Source: Escherichia coli (lineage in GTDB: Bacteria > Pseudomonadota > Gammaproteobacteria > Enterobacterales > Enterobacteriaceae). Taken from it: a stretch of DNA of 64,000 nt. The stretch lies in NCBI RefSeq assembly GCF_003019035.1, contig NZ_CP027447.1; one strand, 5' to 3'. Shown in pieces: positions 50,265 through 58,380 of the stretch. Each line of letters starts with the position of its first letter. Position 1 is the first letter of the stretch. The notes beneath the pieces are model-generated. The model did no database searches. It was not told where the DNA came from and saw nothing but the letters and a program-made list of their open reading frames with translations. The position numbers and the translations under genes are program-made.

Positions 50265-52072
50265 GTCTCCTGGCTTTCTGTGTTCACAACGGTCAGCATG
50301 TGGAATGAGTTAACGCTGGCGTACAGCGACAGAAAATGCGAAAGCACCGTACCGAGCAGATACATTTCCCCTTCACAGACAAACGGCTCCGGGTGCAGAT
50401 ACAGCGTGGAGGCCAGCCCCCGGACGGGAATGCCCGTAAACAGGCGATCGACAGGGCGGGTCTCCAGACGCTCAATGGCATCCAGCTTTTGTTGTGACAG
50501 CCGCGCCGTCTGCGGATGATGGATTGCGTGGCGATCAAAGTTGGCGATGACCTGCTTCAGCGCGTCCGTATCTAGTAATGACAGATAATTCAGGTTCATG
50601 GCGGAGAGCAGGGACCAGTGCAGGCTGCCATCAATGACCGGCCAGAGCGGTTGCGTCGGGCGGGTAATGTTGCGAAATGAAGCAACAGCCGCATTTTTAC
50701 CGGTTGTGCCGGTGATATCGCCGGAACGAATTTGTGACGGAAGCTCACGGTTGGTACAGGTCAGCGATACCGAAACCACTTCATTACTGAGCAGCGATTC
50801 GTCTGACGGATAACTGCCATCAGCATGTATAAAAGCAAGGGTATGATCAAAGCCGCGATGGAACAGGGATGTTTTGGTCCGGTGATGCCAGTACACCACT
50901 TCCCGCTTCCGGCTGTATTCCATCTGATGGCTGAAACTTTCAAAGGCAGGCCACTGGCGCGCGGCCTGCGTCGAAACAGGACGCCCCAGATCTTTTTTCC
51001 TGAACATATCCTGCACCTGGCTCACCACGCCGTTAACGGAAAAGACATCGTAATGTTCCGGATAGTGGCGGCTGGGAACCAGCGGATAGTCTGCCCGCCG
51101 GTTGTCCAGCGTGATGGCTTCTGCATGGTGGATAAATAAATTAATGGCAGGTGCGCAATACAGGCGCAGAGAATCGCGGCGCAGCCGGATGTCCACGGGC
51201 AATGGGCGCGAAAAACGCAGTTGCAGGGTAAAGGATTCAGCCTGCAATCCGTCAGGCAACGCCGGGCAACCACAAAGATCAAAAAAGAGAAACGCATCCG
51301 GGTAACAGAAATACTCCTGAAGGATCCGGTAGCCGCTGTGGACGTTTTTCGGCCAGGGCAGCATGGCATCCTGCGGCTCAAAACCGACAGCTTTCAGCAT
51401 AAACTCAGGCAGGCGAATATGCTGTTCACCCACAGTCAGGTCGGCACCCTGCAAGTATTCACAGAACCATAAATAAAGCTGGTCACGGGTATAGTTGTCG
51501 TCATTGCCGAGCCAGAAGCGAAGTTTGTTCAGATCCAGCGTGCGGAAGTCCGTTCCCGGTGCGACCGAAAAGGTGATGTTGATAACACCATTACGGGTCG
51601 TACTGCGGTTTTCAATCTGCTCCAGGCGAACGGGCAGCAGCCAGATATCCCGGCAGAGGGTGAAGGTACAGGGAGGCGGCTCCTCCTTTTTAGCATCGGA
51701 GGGCAGCACTTCATCGACTCTAATTTCCCCGGCGTTGGTTGTAAACTGCTCATTACGGGGGATTAACACCGGCACAGAAGACTTATCCATATCCGGCGTA
51801 TATTCAATAAGGGTCATTGCCGGAACCGGACGCAGGTAATTAGGCCACAGCATCTTAATAAGCCCGTGCGTCAGTTCTGGGAATTCATCCTCAATTTTCT
51901 GGCGGAGATTGCCGGTAAGAAAAGCCACGCCTTCCAGCAGGCGTTCAATATCCGGATCCGCATCTTTTTCGGCCAGGAAGCGGGCCAGATGGGGTTTTTC
52001 CGTTGCCAGCAGCTTGCTGAGCTGGCGCAGGTAATCGAGTTCTTCCCGGAAATAGCGTTCTTCAAATTCCAT
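50222..52072 (-). CDS. tssF: T6SS baseplate protein TssF
   Basis: 616-aa ORF MEFEERYFREELDYLRQLSKLLATEKPHLARFL... Confidence 0.88.
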   Translation of the reverse strand: MEFEERYFREELDYLRQLSKLLATEKPHLARFLAEKDADPDIERLLEGVAFLTGNLRQKIEDEFPELTHGLIKMLWPNYLRPVPAMTLIEYTPDMDKSSVPVLIPRNEQFTTNAGEIRVDEVLPSDAKKEEPPPCTFTLCRDIWLLPVRLEQIENRSTTRNGVINITFSVAPGTDFRTLDLNKLRFWLGNDDNYTRDQLYLWFCEYLQGADLTVGEQHIRLPEFMLKAVGFEPQDAMLPWPKNVHSGYRILQEYFCYPDAFLFFDLCGCPALPDGLQAESFTLQLRFSRPLPVDIRLRRDSLRLYCAPAINLFIHHAEAITLDNRRADYPLVPSRHYPEHYDVFSVNGVVSQVQDMFRKKDLGRPVSTQAARQWPAFESFSHQMEYSRKREVVYWHHRTKTSLFHRGFDHTLAFIHADGSYPSDESLLSNEVVSVSLTCTNRELPSQIRSGDITGTTGKNAAVASFRNITRPTQPLWPVIDGSLHWSLLSAMNLNYLSLLDTDALKQVIANFDRHAIHHPQTARLSQQKLDAIERLETRPVDRLFTGIPVRGLASTLYLHPEPFVCEGEMYLLGTVLSHFLSLYASVNSFHMLTVVNTESQETWKWTERTGQHPLI

Positions 52073-52075
52073 CTG

Positions 52076-52489
52076 TCAGTCCACCCGGTAATGCTGGCTG
52101 CCATTCGGTGCCATATCAAATTCAAGCACTTCATGCGTTTCGTTAAATGTCACCCAGGCTGTAATATGAAACGTCATATCCAGCGGGCTGGCGGCGGATG
52201 AAACCACAGCCTGCACTTCAGCGTGTGAGATCCGGGGTTCATAGCGTTCTATACATTGCGCGATGGCCCGACTCATTGATTGGCGGAAGTTTTCAGCCCC
52301 TTCCGGTTCATCAATGCCCAGTTCAGGCGCACCCCGGCAACTACCGGACCGGGTATTAAGAATGTTTCGCAGGTTCTGGCGAATGGACTGCCTGAGCGCA
52401 TGAATACTGCTTCCCTGCCGGTTTCTGGCCGGTGAGGCTTCCATACGCTCAAAAAGAGAACCTGTGGTTCTTTCCCGATCCGGTATCAT
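52076..52489 (-). CDS. tssE: T6SS baseplate protein TssE (gp25-like)
   Basis: 137-aa ORF between tssC and tssF. Confidence 0.85.
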   Translation of the reverse strand: MIPDRERTTGSLFERMEASPARNRQGSSIHALRQSIRQNLRNILNTRSGSCRGAPELGIDEPEGAENFRQSMSRAIAQCIERYEPRISHAEVQAVVSSAASPLDMTFHITAWVTFNETHEVLEFDMAPNGSQHYRVD

Positions 52490-52495
52490 GGCGTG

Positions 52496-53971
52496 TTACT
52501 CCCTGTCTAACCGGCCAACCAGGGAAAGCTCAAAGTTTGCCCCCATAAATTTAAAATGGGGCCGCACGCTCAGCGCGACCTGGTACCAGCCGGGTTCGCC
52601 TTCCACATCCATAACCTCAACTTTGGCAGCGCGCAGAGGTTTACGGCTGCGCACGTCCGCAGGCGGGTTTTCCTGGTCGGCAACATACTGACGGATCCAG
52701 GTATTAAGCTCTCTTTCTAAGTCGCTCCTTTCTTTCCATGACCCCAGTTGTTCACGCTGCAACACCTTGATGTAGTGCGCTAACCGGTTGATGATGAAGA
52801 GATAAGGAAGCTGCGTACCCAGCTTATAGTTGGTTTCTGCGTCTTTGCCCGGAAAGTGCTTCGGTTTTTGTACCGAGTTTGCAGAGAAAAAGGCTGCATT
52901 ATCAGAGTCTTTACGCATGGTAAGGGTGATAAAACCCTCTTCAGCCAGTTCAAATTCGCGGCGATCGGTGACCAGCACCTCGGTTGGGATTTTGGCCTGA
53001 ATCTGACCCATCGTTTCGAACAGATGCACCGGCAGATCTTTCACTGCGCCGCCGCTTTGCGGACCGATGATATTTGGACACCAGCGGTATTTGGCAAAAC
53101 TGTCTGCGACATTGCACGCCAGCATCCAGGCCGTATTACCCCACAGATAATCTTCGTGGTTCCGGCTGACATCTTCGTGATAGTTAAAGTTCTTAACAGG
53201 GTTATCTGTTGGTGAATAAGGCTGGCGAAGCAGGAAGCGGGGTGCCGTAAGCCCTAAATAGCGCGAATCTTCCGAGTCACGCAGGGCGCGCCATTTGGTG
53301 TAGGCCGGACCTTCAAAGATGGCATAAAGATCTTTGATATTAGGCAGTTCGGTCCACGAGTTCAGCCCCATAAATTCCGGGGAAACGGAGGACAGGAACG
53401 GTGCGTGCGCCATTGCGCCCACGGCACTGACGTATTGCAGCAGTTTCATGTCAGGCGCGGTATTTTTGAACTCATAAGCGCCCAGCACGGCAGCGATGGG
53501 TTCACCGCCAAACTGTCCGAAACCGGACGAATAAACGTGCTTATAAAATCCGGACTGAATAATTTCTGGCGCAAACTCAAAGTCTTCCAGAAGTTCCTGC
53601 TTGGTGACATGAAGCACGTTGACCTTGATGTTTTCACGGAAATCAACGCGATCCACCATTGTTTTCAGTGAGCGCCAGAACGACTCGACCTGCTGAAAGG
53701 CAGGCGCATGGATGATGACATCCATCTGGCGGCTGATGCGTTCATCAATATCTGCAATCATGCTGTCCACGGCCAGTTTATTGACCGGTTCGGCAGATGC
53801 AGTGGATTGCAGGATGCTGGCAATAAAGGCTGTCACACCCTGGCGGGCAACGTCATAACCTTCCGAACCGGGCTGAATACGGGTCTGTGCCATGATTTGA
53901 TCAAGCAGCGACGATGCCTGCTCAGGCTGCCCGGCATGACTGGAAACGAGTTCCTCTTCCTGTAAAGACAT
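52496..53971 (-). CDS. tssC: T6SS contractile sheath large subunit TssC (VipB)
   Basis: 491-aa ORF with conserved TssC core. Confidence 0.93.
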   Translation of the reverse strand: MSLQEEELVSSHAGQPEQASSLLDQIMAQTRIQPGSEGYDVARQGVTAFIASILQSTASAEPVNKLAVDSMIADIDERISRQMDVIIHAPAFQQVESFWRSLKTMVDRVDFRENIKVNVLHVTKQELLEDFEFAPEIIQSGFYKHVYSSGFGQFGGEPIAAVLGAYEFKNTAPDMKLLQYVSAVGAMAHAPFLSSVSPEFMGLNSWTELPNIKDLYAIFEGPAYTKWRALRDSEDSRYLGLTAPRFLLRQPYSPTDNPVKNFNYHEDVSRNHEDYLWGNTAWMLACNVADSFAKYRWCPNIIGPQSGGAVKDLPVHLFETMGQIQAKIPTEVLVTDRREFELAEEGFITLTMRKDSDNAAFFSANSVQKPKHFPGKDAETNYKLGTQLPYLFIINRLAHYIKVLQREQLGSWKERSDLERELNTWIRQYVADQENPPADVRSRKPLRAAKVEVMDVEGEPGWYQVALSVRPHFKFMGANFELSLVGRLDRE

Positions 53972-54021
53972 ACTGAAAATCCTTCTGTTTTAGCTGTGTT
54001 TCTGAAACCGGCTTTTCGCCA

Positions 54022-54246
54022 TCAGTGAAGTACGCGCTGCCAGTGCGACGCGCTCTGCTGAAACTCACAAAAATGGATAATCTCATCCAATAGATCACTG
54101 ATACGGCGATCCAGTGTTGTAATCAGCGCAGCCACACCATCCTGGTTGATTTCAACGGACGGGCTGAAACATACCTGGTAAACCACCTGCAGAATGTCTG
54201 CAACAGAGAGGTGGTATGTCCCGGAGATATTTTTGTGTGCCGTCAT
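54022..54246 (-). other. Short ORF (74 aa) resembling the N-terminal segment of TssC; possible gene fragment
   Basis: ...VAALITTLDRRISDLLDEIIHFCEFQQSASHWQRVL aligns by eye (about 40% identity) with TssC residues ...VDSMIADIDERISRQMDVIIHAPAFQQVESFWRSL. Confidence 0.3.
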
Positions 54247-54280
54247 GCCTGGATAACCCTGTTTAATGAAATAGTGGTGG

Positions 54281-54781
54281 TTATTTATTGCTCACCCGGC
54301 CGATTTCTTTGAGCAACTGCTCGCGGGACTCCTCATTTTCCAACAATGCCTGGAGCTGGGTACGGAATGCCGGAAGGTTACCCATCGGCCCCTTCAGTGC
54401 AGTCAGTGCTTCACGCAGTTCCAGCAATTTATTCACTTCCGGAACCTGCCGGGCCACGCTATCTGGTGAAAAATCATCCAGTGATTTGATATTCAGCGCC
54501 ACATTCAGTTCATCGTCTGTTGTGCTTCCCTTCAGCGTGGCGGGGACAGTAAAATTGAGGCCAATGGCTGCTTCAGCCATCACTGCACCGAAATTGTGCT
54601 TGTTAACGGAAACTGCCTGACGTTCATCCAGTGGGGATGTTTCCTGCGTATTTCCGGTATCGCCGACAACGAGCATGTTAAGCGGAAGTTCCACTTCAGC
54701 CGTCTGGCCATCTGTTTTTGGGACATACGATATATTAATACGCTCGCGAGGCGCGACGCTGCCTTCAAATTTTTTGCTCAT
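54281..54781 (-). CDS. tssB: T6SS contractile sheath small subunit TssB (VipA)
   Basis: 166-aa ORF MSKKFEGSVAPRERINISYVPKTDGQTAEVELPLNMLVVGD... Confidence 0.9.
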   Translation of the reverse strand: MSKKFEGSVAPRERINISYVPKTDGQTAEVELPLNMLVVGDTGNTQETSPLDERQAVSVNKHNFGAVMAEAAIGLNFTVPATLKGSTTDDELNVALNIKSLDDFSPDSVARQVPEVNKLLELREALTALKGPMGNLPAFRTQLQALLENEESREQLLKEIGRVSNK

Positions 54782-55165
54782 AAAAGTGATCCGTCATGTT
54801 ATCTCGTACAGGCCATGAACACGGCATATTTGTACCGAAAAAAAATATCGGCAATGCCGCCCTAATGGCGGTGAAAATAAAATCACCACTCCTTCATCAC
54901 CCCGCATTCTACGCTTCAAAATAAATAAGAAAAGGACTTTTTATCGATCGTAAAGAGGGGTATTCTGCAAGCGTTAAATAGATTGTGTGAACCTGTGCAA
55001 TTCGCGCCAGGTGTATTATGGCAATAATTTAAATATAGAGCTTTTATGTAACTTATTGAATTATATAATAATTTCATTAAACATAAGCTAATCTGATGAT
55101 TGCTTGTTTATATATTTGTTTTGTGATTGATTAAGTGGGTATTTTTAAGGAATATCTCAAAAATT

Positions 55166-55186
55166 ATCAAAATGATAATTCAGAAA
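55166..55186. promoter_or_regulatory. Weak Fur-box-like sequence in the tssB/hcp divergent control region
   Basis: AATGATAAT core matches the central 9 nt of the Fur consensus GATAATGATAATCATTATC; about 11/19 overall. Confidence 0.25.
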
Positions 55187-55477
55187 GGATAAATACAATA
55201 TTTATTCATGATTCAGCTTTGGCCATTTTATGGAGGCAATACGGACTTTGAACAGTTGGGTATGGTTATCCAGATATATATTATTAACTTATTGCTGAAT
55301 AAGAGATTTAATGATTTTAAAAATAGTTTTTACGACAACCGTAAATTCTAGCTCGGTTTGTATGTAAAAAATACTGAAAAATGATGCGGTTCCGTGAAGT
55401 GAGCTGCATCTGCCTGTCTGGGATTAACGGCAGGTCATTGTAAGTAGTAATTAACCACGTTAACAAGGAGTTTACAA

Positions 55478-55996
55478 ATGCCAACACCGTGTTATATCTC
55501 CATCACTGGTCAGACCCAGGGAAATATTACTGCAGGTGCATTTACCGCTGATTCTGTCGGCAACATCTATGTGCAGGGGCACGAAGACGAGATGCTGGTG
55601 CAGGAATTCCTGCATAACGTTACTGTCCCGACCGATCCTCAGTCCGGCCAGCCTGCGGGTCAGCGTGCTCACAAGCCGTTCATTTTTACCGTGGCGCTGA
55701 ACAAAGCTGTTCCGCTGATGTACAACGCACTGGCCTCCGGCGAAATGCTGCCAACCACTGAACTTCACTGGTGGCGTACCTCTGTGGAAGGCAAACAGGA
55801 GCATTATTTCACCACCCGCCTGACCGATTCGACGATTGTCGATATGAAACTGCATATGCCGCATTGCCAGGATCCGGCGAAACGCGAGTTCACCCAGTTG
55901 CTCGAAGTTTCACTGGCCTACCGCAAAATAGAGTGGGAACACGTCAAATCTGGCACCTCCGGTGCCGACGACTGGCGCGCACCGCTGGAAGCATAA
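55478..55996 (+). CDS. hcp: T6SS inner tube protein Hcp (TssD)
   Basis: 172-aa ORF MPTPCYISITGQTQGNITAGAFTADSVGNIYVQGHEDE... Confidence 0.93.
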   Translation: MPTPCYISITGQTQGNITAGAFTADSVGNIYVQGHEDEMLVQEFLHNVTVPTDPQSGQPAGQRAHKPFIFTVALNKAVPLMYNALASGEMLPTTELHWWRTSVEGKQEHYFTTRLTDSTIVDMKLHMPHCQDPAKREFTQLLEVSLAYRKIEWEHVKSGTSGADDWRAPLEA

Positions 55997-56007
55997 GTTA
56001 AGCCAAC

Positions 56008-56040
56008 AGCATCCGGCTATCAGGCCGGATGCTGTTTTTG
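56008..56040 (+). terminator. Candidate intrinsic terminator/attenuator between hcp and vgrG
   Basis: GCATCCGGC-TATCAG-GCCGGATGC hairpin followed by TGTTTTTG. Confidence 0.5.
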
Positions 56041-56205
56041 TATTACGCCGTAAAAAGAAAGGTTGTCAGTAAGGGGTTACGTTCACGGGAGATGGCGGAT
56101 GCCGGAAACTTCGGCGGTAGCGTGCCTGAACGCAAGCGTAACACTGTACTGTTACAGCCGCTTTAACAGCGAACTGTCTGTTTTTCCTTAAACCCGGAGG
56201 TTGCT

Positions 56206-58314
56206 ATGTCAACCGGATTACGTTTCACGCTGGAAGTGGACGGCCTGCCACCGGACGCGTTTGCGGTGGTCTCCTTTCATCTGAACCAGTCACTCTCTTC
56301 GCTCTTTTCCCTCGATCTCTCTCTGGTCAGCCAGCAGTTTCTCTCCCTTGAATTTGCGCAGGTGCTGGACAAAATGGCCTACCTGACGGTATGGCAGGGC
56401 GATGACGTACAGCGCCGGGTGAAAGGTGTGGTGACCTGGTTTGAACTGGGGGAGAACGACAAAAACCAGATGCTGTACAGCATGAAGGTGTGCCCACCGC
56501 TGTGGCGCACAGGGCTGCGCCAGAACTTCCGTATCTTCCAGAATGAGGACATCGAAAGCATACTCGCGACGATCCTGAAAGAAAACGGGGTGACCGAGTG
56601 GAGTCCGCTGTTCAGCGAGCCGCATCCTTCCCGTGAGTTTTGTGTCCAGTACGGCGAAACCGATTACGATTTCCTGTGCCGGATGGCGGCGGAGGAAGGC
56701 ATCTTCTTTTATGAGGAGCACGCGCAAAAAAGTACCGACCAGAGCCTGGTCCTGTGCGACACCGTGCGTTATCTGCCGGAGTCCTTTGAGATCCCCTGGA
56801 ATCCGAACACCCGTACCGAGGTGAGCACCCTATGCATCAGCCAGTTCCTCTACAGCGCACAAATCCGCCCATCTTCCGTGGTGACCAAAGACTACACCTT
56901 TAAACGACCCGGCTGGGCAGGGCGTTTTGATCAGGAAGGCCAGCACCAGGATTACCAGCGCACACAGTATGAAGTGTATGACTACCCCGGACGTTTCAAG
57001 GGTGCCCACGGGCAGAACTTTGCCTGCTGGCAGATGGATGGCTGGCGAAACAACGCAGAAGTGGCGCGCGGAACAAGCCGTTCGCCGGAGATATGGCCGG
57101 GACGGCGAATTGCGCTGACGGGGCATCCGCAGGCGAACCTGAACCGGGAATGGCAGGTGGTGGCAAGTGAACTGCACGGCGAGCAGCCGCAGGCGGTGCC
57201 GGGACGCAGTGGTTCAGGTACCACGCTGAATAACCACTTTGCGGTAATACCGGCAGACAGAACATGGCGGCCACAGCCGTTGCTGAAACCGCTGGTGGAC
57301 GGCCCGCAGAGCGCCGTCGTGACGGGACCGGCAGGAGAAGAAATCTTCTGTGATGAACATGGCCGCGTGCGGGTGAAATTTAACTGGGACCGTTATAACC
57401 CGTCAAACCAGGACAGTTCATGCTGGATCCGTGTGGCACAGGCGTGGGCAGGCACCGGGTTTGGTAACCTGGCGATACCGCGTGTGGGTCAGGAGGTCAT
57501 TGTGGACTTCCTCAACGGCGATCCGGACCAGCCGATTATTATGGGGCGCACCTACCACCAGGAAAACCGCACCCCCGGCAGCCTGCCGGGAACAAAGACG
57601 CAAATGACCATTCGTTCAAAAACCTATAAGGGCAGCGGGTTTAATGAACTGAAGTTTGACGATGCGACAGGGAAAGAACAGGTCTACATCCACGCGCAGA
57701 AGAACATGAACACCGAGGTGCTGAATAACCGCACCACAGATGTGATAAACAACCATGCTGAGACCATCGGCAACAATCAGGTGATTGCGGTTACCAACAA
57801 TCAGATACAGACGGTGGGCGTTAACCAGATAGAGACGGTGGGCAGTAACCAGATCATTAAAGTGGGCTCTGTTCAGGTGGAAACGATTGGACTTGTTCGT
57901 GCGCTGACTGTGGGCGTGGCGTATCAGACGACGGTAGGTGGCATTATGAACACCTCGGTGGCCCTGATGCAGTCCTCGCAGATCGGTTTGCATAAATCGT
58001 TGATGGTCGGGCTGGGTTATGACGTCAAAGTCGGAAATAACGTTACCTTCACCGTTGGTAAAACGAAAAAGGATGATACCGGGCAGACCGCGATTTACTC
58101 CGCCGGTGAGCATCTGGAACTCTGCTGTGGTAAGGCAAGGCTGGTGCTGACTAAGGACGGACAAATTTTTCTCAACGGCACAAAAATTCATTTGCAGGGT
58201 AAGGAGCAGGTTAATGGTGACTCACTGTTGATTAACTGGAACTGTGCAGCCTCGAAATCCCCACCGAAGACCCCTGATGAAAAGCAGGATACGCCGGATA
58301 TGAGAGAGTACTGA
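56206..58314 (+). CDS. vgrG: T6SS spike protein VgrG (TssI)
   Basis: 702-aa ORF, N-terminus MSTGLRFTLEVDGLPPDAFAVVSFHLNQSLSSLFSLDLSLVSQQ, beta-helix repeat region (TVGVNQIETVGSNQIIKVGSVQVETIG). Confidence 0.93.
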   Translation: MSTGLRFTLEVDGLPPDAFAVVSFHLNQSLSSLFSLDLSLVSQQFLSLEFAQVLDKMAYLTVWQGDDVQRRVKGVVTWFELGENDKNQMLYSMKVCPPLWRTGLRQNFRIFQNEDIESILATILKENGVTEWSPLFSEPHPSREFCVQYGETDYDFLCRMAAEEGIFFYEEHAQKSTDQSLVLCDTVRYLPESFEIPWNPNTRTEVSTLCISQFLYSAQIRPSSVVTKDYTFKRPGWAGRFDQEGQHQDYQRTQYEVYDYPGRFKGAHGQNFACWQMDGWRNNAEVARGTSRSPEIWPGRRIALTGHPQANLNREWQVVASELHGEQPQAVPGRSGSGTTLNNHFAVIPADRTWRPQPLLKPLVDGPQSAVVTGPAGEEIFCDEHGRVRVKFNWDRYNPSNQDSSCWIRVAQAWAGTGFGNLAIPRVGQEVIVDFLNGDPDQPIIMGRTYHQENRTPGSLPGTKTQMTIRSKTYKGSGFNELKFDDATGKEQVYIHAQKNMNTEVLNNRTTDVINNHAETIGNNQVIAVTNNQIQTVGVNQIETVGSNQIIKVGSVQVETIGLVRALTVGVAYQTTVGGIMNTSVALMQSSQIGLHKSLMVGLGYDVKVGNNVTFTVGKTKKDDTGQTAIYSAGEHLELCCGKARLVLTKDGQIFLNGTKIHLQGKEQVNGDSLLINWNCAASKSPPKTPDEKQDTPDMREY

Positions 58315-58380
58315 TCCCGTACCTGTTCAGTATTCAGTAACAAACAAGCATTAAAAATAAACAGAAGAAGGAATTGAATC

